NCBI GenBank assembly: GCA_012728655.1
Contig: JAAYEQ010000048.1
Span: 51,328 to 115,327 of the forward strand
Direction: 5' to 3'
Source of the DNA: Syntrophomonadaceae bacterium
GTDB lineage: Bacteria > Bacillota > Syntrophomonadia > Syntrophomonadales > DTU052
Length of the DNA stretch: 64,000 nucleotides
Under the pieces are notes generated by a model. That model searched no databases and was not told where the DNA came from. It saw only the letters and a list, made by a program, of their open reading frames with translations. The translations under genes were made by a program, and so were the position numbers. Shown here in pieces: positions 10,360-20,255 of this stretch. How positions within the stretch are numbered: position 1 is the first letter of the stretch; every line of letters begins with the position of its first letter.

Positions 10360-10378
10360 GCAGAAAAAGACTGCTCCC

Positions 10379-10420
10379 AAGGCTGTTCCCCGTCCCGCAG
10401 GATGGAGGACAGCCTTTTTT
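10379..10420 (+). terminator. Intrinsic terminator of the liv-acuB operon
   Basis: AAGGCTGT..CCGTCC-CGCA-GGATGG..ACAGCCTT followed by a T run. Confidence 0.7.
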
Positions 10421-10531
10421 ATGGCCTGGTCGCGGGTGGTTGGAACTGACAATAGCCTGGCGAATTCCAGCGGGACGGTAAAAACACTTTAGCCGGATAT
10501 CGGGATGCCAACCCGGCCGTATGGTCCCTGA

Positions 10532-11842
10532 TTATCCGGCAATCAGATTGGGCAGGAACAGGGTGATCTCCGGGAAAATCATAAGCAGAGCGATACAAAC
10601 TACGATCGCCATCAAAAAAGGCCAGACGCCCTTGAACATTGTTTCCAGCGGTATATCCGGTACTACTCCTTTAAGGATGTAAACATTCATCCCAACCGGC
10701 GGGGTTATTACCCCCATGGCCACCACCAGTACGATGATTACCCCGAACCAAATCGGATCGTAGCCCAGGGTATCAACCGCTACGGGGTAAAAAATGGGAA
10801 TGGTCAGCAGTACCAGAGCCAGGGCGTCAATAAAACAGCCCAGGATCAAGTAAATGAAAAGGATAATGGCCATCACCAGATAGGCCGGCAGATCAAGCAT
10901 GGCCGTCCAGGAAGCCAGCTCGAAAGGTATTCTGCTTACGGCCATGAAGCGGCCGAAAATAACTGAACCCGCAATTAACAGCATGATCATGGCGGTGGTT
11001 CTGGTGGTATCATAAAGGGAGTTCTTGAATCCATCCCAGTCAATTGATCTCCCCAATAAAGACACCAACAGAACCCCGGCGGCTCCGACCGCACCCGCTT
11101 CCGTGGCCGTAAACCAGCCGGCGAAAAGGCCGCCCATCGATAGGGCGAATACAAGCAGGACTTCACCCAATCCGCCTTTCAAGCTGTCCAGCCTTTCTCT
11201 CCAACTGAACCTGGGACCCGCCGGAGCGAGGTCCGGATTAATACGAGTAAGAACCATAATGGTCAATTGGTACAGCACCATCAGGAGAATGCCGGGGAGG
11301 ATTCCCGCGATAAACAGTTTCCCGATTGACTGCTCGGTGGCCATTCCATAAACGATAAAAACGACGCTGGGCGGAATAAGTACCCCCAATACCCCGCCGG
11401 CGGCAACACTGGCTGTGGCCAGGGAATTGCCATATTTGTATTTCTTCATTTCCGGGAGGGCGATGGCACCCATGGTAGCGGCGGTGGCTGTATTGGAACC
11501 GCAGATGGCGCCGAATGCACCGCAGGCAAACTGGGTGGCGATAGCCAGTCCTCCCCTCCAGTGTCCGATTAGTTTGTAAGCAAAGGTATACAATCGGGTT
11601 CCAATCCCGGAGTAATAGGCCAGGAAGCCCATCCAGCAGAACATGGCGATAACGCTTAAGCTGTACGAAGAAAAACTGCTGAAAATCTCCCGTACCACCA
11701 TGGTCATGGCGGATGAGGCGGAGGTAATGTAACTGAACCCGGCAAAGCCCACCAGGGCCATGGCGAAGGCTATCGGCATCCGCAGAATTATAAGTAAAAA
11801 GAAGAACAGTATTCCGAGCAATCCTACGGTTAGAGAATTCAT
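10532..11842 (-). CDS. dctM: TRAP transporter large permease
   Basis: Many TM segments; GVLIPPS, FTATEAGAVG, ITPPVGMN motifs. Confidence 0.93.
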   Translation of the reverse strand: MNSLTVGLLGILFFFLLIILRMPIAFAMALVGFAGFSYITSASSAMTMVVREIFSSFSSYSLSVIAMFCWMGFLAYYSGIGTRLYTFAYKLIGHWRGGLAIATQFACGAFGAICGSNTATAATMGAIALPEMKKYKYGNSLATASVAAGGVLGVLIPPSVVFIVYGMATEQSIGKLFIAGILPGILLMVLYQLTIMVLTRINPDLAPAGPRFSWRERLDSLKGGLGEVLLVFALSMGGLFAGWFTATEAGAVGAAGVLLVSLLGRSIDWDGFKNSLYDTTRTTAMIMLLIAGSVIFGRFMAVSRIPFELASWTAMLDLPAYLVMAIILFIYLILGCFIDALALVLLTIPIFYPVAVDTLGYDPIWFGVIIVLVVAMGVITPPVGMNVYILKGVVPDIPLETMFKGVWPFLMAIVVCIALLMIFPEITLFLPNLIAG

Positions 11843-12324
11843 ACTACCAGCTTCCTTACCGTATTTAAAAGTCTGTACAATACAACCGCCGCCAATGCCA
11901 GCAGACCCGTCCCGATGATTGCCAAAACCGGCGCCAGGGGGATCTGGGTGGTGGGGAACACCGTACCGGTTGCGTACATGGTTTGGGCATACTCAAACAT
12001 GAAGACGGCTGCAATTGCCCAGAAGGCAAAGGAAGCGAAATTGGTAATCATGTCGAGTAATCCGCCCACCTTGACCGGCAGCTTTTCCACGAAGTAATCC
12101 ACGGCGATATGGCCGTTGCGGATCGCACAATTGGCCAGGGCCAGAGCGATAGTCAGTGCGGTCAGAATCATCACGTAATCCATAATGCCGGTTATGGGTT
12201 GCTTGAACACGCTGCGGAGGATTATGTTGAGCACCACCACCGACATGGTCAAAACCACCGATATCGCAGCCAATATATCCAAAAACCGGCTGAGGATCTC
12301 CACCCCGCGTTTAAACCGGACCAC
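11839..12324 (-). CDS. dctQ: TRAP transporter small permease
   Basis: Four TM segments, GHIAVD motif, between dctP and dctM. Confidence 0.88.
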   Translation of the reverse strand: MVRFKRGVEILSRFLDILAAISVVLTMSVVVLNIILRSVFKQPITGIMDYVMILTALTIALALANCAIRNGHIAVDYFVEKLPVKVGGLLDMITNFASFAFWAIAAVFMFEYAQTMYATGTVFPTTQIPLAPVLAIIGTGLLALAAVVLYRLLNTVRKLVV

Positions 12325-12343
12325 AAAAATCCCTCCTTATCCG

Positions 12344-13429
12344 CTATTTATACTGGGCGTTATACTTGTCGGCCAGAGCTTTTACGGTATCGAGGATTTC
12401 CTTGCCATTGAGGCCCAGCTTTTCCATGGCCTCAATATACTCCTGCTGCACCGGCGTCACCAGCTTTATCCACTGCCGGATCTCTTCATCGCTCAGGTTT
12501 ATAACCTGCATGCCTTCTTCCTCGACCGCATACTTCAGAGCCGCCTCATTCTGTTGGTCCCACAGTCCGCTGGCAATGTCGAAATACTCTTTGTTTACTT
12601 CCTCGATCGCCGCCTGATCTTCAGGTTTCAGAGAATCCCATACCTCTTTGTTCATGGTTACAAAGAACAGGGTGTTGTAGAGGAAGGGAGTTATGGTGAT
12701 ATATCTTGTAACCTCGGCCTGTTTCCATCCCTGCAGTACTTCAATCGGTCCCAGATTGCCCTTGACCACGCCCTTCGACAAGGACTCGTAGGCCTCGGAT
12801 TGGGCCATGCCCACCGGGCTTGCACCCAGGGCGGCCAGGGTCTTGGCGCTAAGCCCCGTAGCCCGGATCTCCATCCCCTTAAGATCCGAAAGTTTGCTGA
12901 CCGGTGTTTTGGTGAAGAGGGCTCCGGGGCCGGTGGTGAAAACCATCAGCAGCTTGGTATCCTGGATCTCCGCCGGGTTCAATTCCTGTATACCTTCCCA
13001 GGCCACCCGGCTCGCTACCTTGGAATTGTTGTAGATGATCCCGGGCAGCTCAAATACTTCCAAAACCGGAAACCGGCCTCTGGTATAAGAAAAACAGGAT
13101 ATACCGATATCACAAACCCCGTTGACAACGCCGTCGTAGATGTCATTGGCCTTGGCCAGCGTTTCCTGGGGATAACTGACGATTTTAACCCGGCCGTCAG
13201 TGGCTTTTTCAATTTCCTTTGCCCATGGTTGAACCAGCTCGGTTTCAATGGGGTGGCCGCTGGGCCAGAAGTGCGCCAGTTTCAGTTCCAGCGGTTTGCC
13301 GGCCGCATCCTGATCGACGGCCGATGAAATGCCGCAACCGGCGGTTCCCAACAGCAGAATGCCGGTTAACGCGATTACCGCCAGTGCCAGCGATGTTGAC
13401 CTGGGTCTTGCACCTGATTTGCCTGCCAT
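12344..13429 (-). CDS. dctP: TRAP transporter substrate-binding lipoprotein
   Basis: Lipobox TAGC, LKLAHF, IEKATDGRVK, DLKGMEIR, EAYESLSKGVV; AAAGGAGG RBS. Confidence 0.9.
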   Translation of the reverse strand: MAGKSGARPRSTSLALAVIALTGILLLGTAGCGISSAVDQDAAGKPLELKLAHFWPSGHPIETELVQPWAKEIEKATDGRVKIVSYPQETLAKANDIYDGVVNGVCDIGISCFSYTRGRFPVLEVFELPGIIYNNSKVASRVAWEGIQELNPAEIQDTKLLMVFTTGPGALFTKTPVSKLSDLKGMEIRATGLSAKTLAALGASPVGMAQSEAYESLSKGVVKGNLGPIEVLQGWKQAEVTRYITITPFLYNTLFFVTMNKEVWDSLKPEDQAAIEEVNKEYFDIASGLWDQQNEAALKYAVEEEGMQVINLSDEEIRQWIKLVTPVQQEYIEAMEKLGLNGKEILDTVKALADKYNAQYK

Positions 13430-13461
13430 TTGTTGGTCCTCCTTTTGGATTTTGACAAAAT

Positions 13462-13610
13462 AAAAAAACTCCCGTAGGAGTTAACACTGACACCACCACA
13501 CCAACAGCCCGCAATGGGCCCAACGTGCGGCTCCGTATGCCTACCGTGCTAACCTTCCTACCCTTTTTTAAAATATGGACAACCATCCTACGCCTCAAGG
13601 GCAACCTACT
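13462..13610 (-). promoter_or_regulatory. Attenuator-like 5' leader of dctPQM (terminator and overlapping antiterminator)
   Basis: Minus strand: AACUCC-UACG-GGAGUU plus U run just before the RBS; GUAGGA(AG)GUUAGCAC can pair with GUGUUAACUCCUAC. Confidence 0.6.
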
Positions 13611-13615
13611 TTTTC

Positions 13616-13644
13616 ATAATAGCAAAAGTGCCGCCGGAAATGAA
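13616..13644 (-). promoter_or_regulatory. sigmaA-type promoter of dctPQM
   Basis: Minus strand TTCATT-N17-TATTAT with extended -10 TG. Confidence 0.65.
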
Positions 13645-13877
13645 GAGGTTATGTTTATTTTTCCTCACCTAATTTGTATGCTCTATAGACCGGTTGTTTT
13701 CCATCACGAATTTCAGAAAGATTTGCCGTCCTCCCATGTCTTAAATCTTACCTATTCCCTGAATGCAAGGTTGCGAGGTTTCGGTTAAAAGATAATATAA
13801 TATTTTAGGGGATTGTGTATTAATTTGGAATAACGGCATTTAACTAATTATTACAAAAACAGATAGGAGTAAAGCAA

Positions 13878-15347
13878 ATGCTAACCGGCGAGATTCGCAA
13901 TAAGGTTGACAAGATATGGACCGATATATGGGCGGGAGGTATTACCAACCCGTTAACCGTTATTGAGCAGCTTACATATCTGATGTTTATCCGGTCGCTG
14001 GATGAGAAGGAACTGGAAAACGAGAGAATGGAGGCTTTGACCGGGGAACCCATGCCGAAAATCTTCCCCCAAAACGAAGCCGGACAGTCCATGCGCTGGA
14101 GCAAGTTTAAAAACAAAGACCCCCGCCAGATCTATGATATCATCCAAAACAGAGTATTCCCGTTTATAAAAGAAATGAACGGTATCAACAACTCTGCATT
14201 TTCCCGCTATATGCAGGATGCCATGTTCCTGATCCCCACACCCCAGGTACTGCAGAAGATTATCACCGGCTTGGAGGAACTCTATGAACACGATATCAAA
14301 GACTTTGATATGCAGGGGGACCTCTATGAATACATGCTGAGCAAACTATCCACTGCGGGTCAAAACGGCCAGTTCAGGACTCCCAAACAGATCCGCGACA
14401 TGATGGTCCGCCTCCTGGCGCCGACACCTAATGACAAGATCTGCGACCCAGCCTGCGGTACAGCGGGATTCCTGGTTTCATCAGCGGAGTATATAAGGGA
14501 AAAATATGAGTTAGAGATGACATCCAACCAGTGGGAGCATTTTTCAGGGCCGATGTTCACCGGCTTTGATACCGATCGGACCATGTTGCGCATATCGGCT
14601 ATGAATCTGATGCTCCACTCCATCACCCAGCCCCGCATTGAGTATATGGACAGCGTTTCCAAGCAAAATACCATCGACTCGGCCTATGACATAATCCTGG
14701 CCAACCCGCCCTTTAAGGGTACTGTCGATGCGGAGAGCATTAATGAAAATCTGAAGCGGGTATGTAACACCAAAAAGACAGAGCTGTTATTTGTAGCGCT
14801 CTTCCTGCGGATGCTCCGCAAGGGCGGGCGCTGTGCCTGTATCGTCCCGGACGGTGTTCTGTTCGGCACCACCAAAGCCCACAAGGCCCTGCGCAAGGAA
14901 TTGGTCGAAAACCATAAACTGCAGGCGGTCATCTCCATGCCCAGCGGGGTTTTCAAACCTTATGCCGGGGTCAGTACCGCCGTCCTTGTGTTCACCAAGA
15001 CCGGGGCTGGTGGGACCGAGAAGGTTTGGTTTTACGATATGAAGGCTGATGGCTACTCCCTGGACGACAAGCGTACCCCCATCGAGGCGAACGACATCCC
15101 CGACATCATTGCCCGTTTCCACAACCTTGAAGGTGAGGTAGACCGCAAACCCACCGAGCAGAGCTTCCTGGTGGACAAGTCGGCCATCGTCGCCAATGAC
15201 TACGACCTATCGATCAACCGCTACAAAGAGTTCGTCTACGAAAAGGTGGAATACGACCCGCCAGCGGTGATACTTGACCGCCTCGACAAGTTACACCAGA
15301 ATATTGCCTCCAAAATGGAGGAGTTAAGGGGGCTTATCGGTGGGTAA
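13878..15347 (+). CDS. hsdM: Type I R-M N6-adenine methyltransferase subunit
   Basis: GQFRTP, DPACGTAGFL (motif I), NPPF (motif IV). Confidence 0.95.
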   Translation: MLTGEIRNKVDKIWTDIWAGGITNPLTVIEQLTYLMFIRSLDEKELENERMEALTGEPMPKIFPQNEAGQSMRWSKFKNKDPRQIYDIIQNRVFPFIKEMNGINNSAFSRYMQDAMFLIPTPQVLQKIITGLEELYEHDIKDFDMQGDLYEYMLSKLSTAGQNGQFRTPKQIRDMMVRLLAPTPNDKICDPACGTAGFLVSSAEYIREKYELEMTSNQWEHFSGPMFTGFDTDRTMLRISAMNLMLHSITQPRIEYMDSVSKQNTIDSAYDIILANPPFKGTVDAESINENLKRVCNTKKTELLFVALFLRMLRKGGRCACIVPDGVLFGTTKAHKALRKELVENHKLQAVISMPSGVFKPYAGVSTAVLVFTKTGAGGTEKVWFYDMKADGYSLDDKRTPIEANDIPDIIARFHNLEGEVDRKPTEQSFLVDKSAIVANDYDLSINRYKEFVYEKVEYDPPAVILDRLDKLHQNIASKMEELRGLIGG

Positions 15348-16515
15348 GTGGGAGATGGTGAAGTTGGGGGAAGTTACAACAGTCGTTTCTGGTTCAACTC
15401 CAAAAACATCAGTAAATGAATACTGGAATGGAGAACATAATTGGGTCACACCTGCTGAATTGAATGATTCAGTAATTATGGTGTACGAGACTGAACGAAA
15501 AATTACTAATAAAGCAATAGAAGATTATAACTTAACACCGTTACCTTTAGGGACAGTATTACTTACATCACGAGCTCCTATAGGCAAGGTTGCAATAGCA
15601 GGGGTTGAGATGTATTGCAACCAAGGCTTTAAGAACATAATTTGCTCAGATAAGATACACAATAAATATTTGTTTTGGTTTCTAAAAGGAAGAACCGATT
15701 TCTTGAATTCTCTTGGCAGAGGTGCAACTTTTAAAGAGATTTCAAAATCAATTGTAGAGCAAATTCAGGTGCCTCTCCCTCCCATCGAAACCCAAAAGCA
15801 AATTGCCAAAACCCTGGATACAGTAGCCGAACTGCTTGCCATGCGCAAACAGCAGCTTGCAGAGTTGGACAATCTGATCAAATCCACCTTTTACGATATG
15901 TTCGGCGACCTGGAACACAATTCGTGTGGTTGGGAAGAAAGGCCATTAAAGGACATTGCTGAAATTGTATCCGGTATTACTAAGGGCAGAAAGCTCAGAG
16001 AAACCGAGACAAAAGTCATTCCATATTTAAGAGTGGCTAATGTTCAAGATGGATACCTTGACTTGACAGATATTAAATATATCGAAGTCGCCGATTCCGA
16101 AATAGAAAAATATCGCTTATTTAAAGGTGACTTGTTAATGACCGAAGGTGGAGATCCCGACAAACTTGGCCGTTGCGCCATATGGAACGAAGAAATACCA
16201 TTTTGTATTCACCAAAATCACATTTTTAGAGTTAGGCTTGACCAAAAACGCGTTCTGCCCGAATATGCATGTTTCTTGATTCAAAGTCCTTATGGCAAAA
16301 AATACTTTTTAAAAGCGGCTAAACAAACTACCGGGATTGCGTCTATCAACTCGAAGCAAATAAGCAACTTCCCATTATTGATTCCTAATATAAAGCTGCA
16401 AACTAAATTCGCCGAAATAGTTACCAAGTTCGAGGAACCAAAAGCCATGGTGCAGAAGGCCATTGATGAAACCCAGTACTTGTTTGACAGCCTGATGAGC
16501 GAGTATTTCGATTGA
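15340..16515 (+). CDS. hsdS: Type I R-M specificity subunit (two TRDs)
   Basis: WEMVKLGE, PLPPIETQKQIA conserved regions; two variable AT-rich TRDs. Confidence 0.93.
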   Translation: MGKWEMVKLGEVTTVVSGSTPKTSVNEYWNGEHNWVTPAELNDSVIMVYETERKITNKAIEDYNLTPLPLGTVLLTSRAPIGKVAIAGVEMYCNQGFKNIICSDKIHNKYLFWFLKGRTDFLNSLGRGATFKEISKSIVEQIQVPLPPIETQKQIAKTLDTVAELLAMRKQQLAELDNLIKSTFYDMFGDLEHNSCGWEERPLKDIAEIVSGITKGRKLRETETKVIPYLRVANVQDGYLDLTDIKYIEVADSEIEKYRLFKGDLLMTEGGDPDKLGRCAIWNEEIPFCIHQNHIFRVRLDQKRVLPEYACFLIQSPYGKKYFLKAAKQTTGIASINSKQISNFPLLIPNIKLQTKFAEIVTKFEEPKAMVQKAIDETQYLFDSLMSEYFD

Positions 16516-16531
16516 CTGCGGGGTAAGGCGG

Positions 16532-19500
16532 ATGCCAGGAAACTTTGACTTCCTGAAGGAACAAACAGAATATGCATTGTTCGCCGACGCCTGTATCGAA
16601 GCGGAGCGGGTGTTGGCCACATCGCCGGCGCTGGCGGCGGCAGGCTGCCGCAAAGCCTGCGAACTGGCGGTGAAGTGGGTATATGCGGCGGATAACACCA
16701 TCAATATGCCCTACCGGGATAACCTGCAGTCATTGATTCATGAACCCTCGTTCCGGTTCGCCCTGGATGAGAAGACCTGGAGCAAGCTCCGCTACATCAT
16801 AAACCTGGGGAACCTGGCGGTCCATACCGAAAAGAACATCAGCCGCAGTGATGCCATGCAGTCCCTGGCCTTTTTATTCGAGTTTGTGCAGTGGATTGAC
16901 TATTGTTTTGGTGCCAACTATGAAGAGCGACGCTTTGATGAAAGCCTGGTTCCTTCCGAATCCGTGTTCATCGATGAGTCAAAGCTCAGGGAGCAGCAGG
17001 TCCTGATCGAGCAGAAGGAATCCGAGATTGAGCGGCTGCAGGCGCAGATCGCAGCGATGAGTGAGCGGTTGACGGCTGCCAAGGAACGGCACAAGGAACA
17101 GCGCCGGTTCACCCCGGAGGATATCTCCGAGTTTAAGACCCGCAAAAAATACATTGATGTGGAATTGAAGCTCATGGGTTGGGTGTTTGGGGATGATGTG
17201 CAGGAGGAAGTAGAACTTTATGGGATGCCCAATCCCGAGGGGAAAGGCTATGCCGACTATGTACTGTATGGCAGAGACGGGCTGCCCCTGGCCGTTATCG
17301 AGGCCAAACGCACTTCCAAAGACCCAAAGACCGGCACCCAACAGGCCAAGCTTTACGCGGACTGCCTGGAGAGGATGACTGGACAGCGACCCATTATGTT
17401 TACCACCAACGGCTTTGAAACCTACTTTTGGGATGACGTAACTTCACCCCAACGAAAGGTCAGCGGCATCTTCTCCAAAGCCGACCTGGAAAAGCTGATG
17501 AACCGCCGCAGGGAGCGATTGCCCTTAAACGAGATACCTATTGATGATAAGATAACTGACCGCTACTACCAGAAAGAGGCCATCCGTGCGGTGTGTGAGA
17601 GCATTGAATCCGGGCACCGCAAGGCTTTGCTGGTAATGGCGACCGGTACCGGCAAAACCCGAACCGCTTCCAGCCTGACCGATGTGCTTTCCCGGGGCGG
17701 GTACGTAACGAACACCCTGTTCCTGGCGGACAGAAGAGCATTGGTGGGCCAGGCCAAGGACGAGTTCAAGAAACACCTGCCGGATATGTCGCTTTGCAAC
17801 CTGTTGGATAACAAGGACGACCGATCGGCACGCATCGTTTTTTCCACCTACCCGACCATGCTTAACGCTATCGACACGGCTCGGAATGAAAAGGGCGAGC
17901 GGCTCTTCACCCCGGCCCATTTTGACCTGATTATTGTTGATGAGGCGCACCGCAGTATATTTCGGAAATACCGGGCCATCTTCGAGTACTTTGACGCCAT
18001 TCTGGTCGGTCTGACTGCTACTCCCAAAGACGAGGTGGACCGCAATACCTACGACTTTTTTGAGATGGAAAAGGGTGTGCCCACCTATGCTTATGAATAT
18101 GAAACCGCAGTTGAGAAAGACCATGTCCTGGTCCCTTATTACAATATCGAGGTGAGAACCAAGTTTCTGGAGGAAGGCATCGTCTACGATGAGCTTTCTG
18201 ATGAAGACAAGGCGCGCTATGAAGAGGATTTTACCGATGAGGAAGGCGGTATGCCCGAATTTATCCCTTCCCCGGCGCTGAATGAATATATCTTCAACCA
18301 GAACACGGTGGACATGGTTCTTGAAGAGCTGATGACTAAAGGAATAAAGGTGGCGGGCGGTGACCGGCTGGGGAAAACCATCATCTTCGCCCAGAACAAA
18401 AAACATGCCCAGTATATCGTTGAACGGTTTGATAAGCTGTACCCGCAGTACAAGGGACGTTTCGCCAAGCGTGTGGTTTATGATGATGCCTATGTACATA
18501 CCATCATTGATGACTTTAAGGTTGCCGATAAGGAACCCCATATTGCGGTATCCGTGGATATGATGGATACAGGCATTGATGTCCCGGAAGTTGTCAACCT
18601 TGTGTTCTTCAAACGGGTGCGGTCGAAGACGAAATTCTGGCAGATGATTGGCCGAGGTACCAGGCTGTGTCCCAACCTGTTTGGTGAAGGGCAGGATAAG
18701 ACTCACTTTCTTATCTTCGACTACCTTGGAAACTTTGAATTCTTCCGTGTTCACCAGGAGGGTCTGCAGGGCAGCGAAGGCCAGAGCCTTTCGGAAGCCA
18801 TTTTCACCAAACGGGTTCGGTTAATCCATCACCTTCAGAACTCGGCTTATGTTGACCAATCATATCAGGAGATCCGTACGGGATTGGTCGAGGCGGTCCT
18901 GCAGCAGATAAACATGTTGAATCCCGACCTGATATCGGTCAGGCTCAAGCTGCAGTATGTTGAGAAATACAAGAAGCGCGAGGCTTTTGTATACCTGTCC
19001 GACCTTGACAAACGCGACCTAATCGTCCACCTGGCACCGCTGGTCTTTATGAATGACCCGGATGAGTATGCCAAACGATTTGACAACTTTATGTACGGTC
19101 TGATGATTGCCCAGATTGAAGGGCTGGGCCAGTTTAAAAAGGGCAAGAAGCAGTTGGTTGATATCTGCTCGAGTCTCGCGCAGCGGATAACCATTCCGCA
19201 GGTCCAGGAGAAAATCGGGCTTATCAATACCATTATTACTGAAGAGTTCTGGCAGGCTTCCGATATCTTGAACTTCGAACAGGTGCGGGTAGAGCTGCGG
19301 GATCTGATCAAGTTTATTATAGATGACGGCGGTACCCGCCCCATATACACAAACCTAACCGATCTTATCCTTGAGTTTAAGGAAGGGGATAGCTTGGCCC
19401 CTGCCTACACCTTCGAAGACTACAAACTCAAGGTTAACCGATACATCGAAGAAAACCGTGACAAGCTATGTATTTACAAACTGAGGCATAATACCCCGCT

Positions 19501-19879
19501 CAATGCTCTGGATTACAAAGCCCTGGAGCATATCTTCACCGGTGAATTGGGCACGGCCGAGGATTACCAGCGGGAATTCCAGGACACGCCCTTTGGCCTC
19601 CTGGTGCGCAGGATTGCCAAGCTGGATTATGAAGCAGCCTGTGAGGCTTTTTCCCAGTTCATCAATGACCAGTCACTCAACCAGGCACAGATCGTCTTTG
19701 TCAAAAAGATCATTGACTACATTGTACAGAACGGTTATATGGAAACTCCGTCCCTGCTCATGAAGCCCCCATTCGACCGTCCGCAGAGCTTTATCAAGCT
19801 CTTCGACAGTTCCAAACAGAAGCAGATCATCGAGACGGTGAAAAAGATCAAGGACAACGCGGTTAAAATAGTGGGATAA
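16532..19879 (+). CDS. hsdR: Type I R-M restriction subunit (DUF4145-like N-terminus, nuclease, DEAH helicase, EcoEI-type C-terminus)
   Basis: ADY..IEAK nuclease motif, MATGTGKT, DEAH, QMIGRGTR. Confidence 0.95.
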   Translation: MPGNFDFLKEQTEYALFADACIEAERVLATSPALAAAGCRKACELAVKWVYAADNTINMPYRDNLQSLIHEPSFRFALDEKTWSKLRYIINLGNLAVHTEKNISRSDAMQSLAFLFEFVQWIDYCFGANYEERRFDESLVPSESVFIDESKLREQQVLIEQKESEIERLQAQIAAMSERLTAAKERHKEQRRFTPEDISEFKTRKKYIDVELKLMGWVFGDDVQEEVELYGMPNPEGKGYADYVLYGRDGLPLAVIEAKRTSKDPKTGTQQAKLYADCLERMTGQRPIMFTTNGFETYFWDDVTSPQRKVSGIFSKADLEKLMNRRRERLPLNEIPIDDKITDRYYQKEAIRAVCESIESGHRKALLVMATGTGKTRTASSLTDVLSRGGYVTNTLFLADRRALVGQAKDEFKKHLPDMSLCNLLDNKDDRSARIVFSTYPTMLNAIDTARNEKGERLFTPAHFDLIIVDEAHRSIFRKYRAIFEYFDAILVGLTATPKDEVDRNTYDFFEMEKGVPTYAYEYETAVEKDHVLVPYYNIEVRTKFLEEGIVYDELSDEDKARYEEDFTDEEGGMPEFIPSPALNEYIFNQNTVDMVLEELMTKGIKVAGGDRLGKTIIFAQNKKHAQYIVERFDKLYPQYKGRFAKRVVYDDAYVHTIIDDFKVADKEPHIAVSVDMMDTGIDVPEVVNLVFFKRVRSKTKFWQMIGRGTRLCPNLFGEGQDKTHFLIFDYLGNFEFFRVHQEGLQGSEGQSLSEAIFTKRVRLIHHLQNSAYVDQSYQEIRTGLVEAVLQQINMLNPDLISVRLKLQYVEKYKKREAFVYLSDLDKRDLIVHLAPLVFMNDPDEYAKRFDNFMYGLMIAQIEGLGQFKKGKKQLVDICSSLAQRITIPQVQEKIGLINTIITEEFWQASDILNFEQVRVELRDLIKFIIDDGGTRPIYTNLTDLILEFKEGDSLAPAYTFEDYKLKVNRYIEENRDKLCIYKLRHNTPLNALDYKALEHIFTGELGTAEDYQREFQDTPFGLLVRRIAKLDYEAACEAFSQFINDQSLNQAQIVFVKKIIDYIVQNGYMETPSLLMKPPFDRPQSFIKLFDSSKQKQIIETVKKIKDNAVKIVG

Positions 19880-19920
19880 TGCGTTAAGTGCAATGTTTCT
19901 CAAGGCAAACAACCGCTTAG

Positions 19921-20117
19921 AATAATCGCTGATCTCTTTCGCGCCCATCAGGCAGGCATAGTGCCCCTGATAATAGACTTTGACCGGGACTACGGCCAAT
20001 CGCTGAAGAGAAGACAGGTAGGTGTCCTAGTTGGATACGAATTCAGGGGAAATGGTATTGGGACCGAAATAGACCCCGGCTGCTTCGCCGGCGATCAAGA
20101 TTTTTTCGTGCGGCAGG
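19921..20117 (-). pseudogene. Decayed internal fragment of the MBL-fold gene at 21031-21954
   Basis: Aligns without gaps to 21246-21442 (about 88% by hand count); translates LPHEKILIAGEAAGVYFGPNTISPEFVSN*DTYL.. with a TAG at 20027-20029; no start or end. Confidence 0.85.
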
Positions 20118-20255
20118 CAATATTGGTTGTGTTTGCATTAGGTTTTAACAACATCTCATTAAGGAAACAACAGTATTGAGGTGTGAAAATTAGCGAAATA
20201 TAACATGGATTTGGAGCGAAGAGATTGTGCGTAGCTTGAACGGAGGTGAACACAT

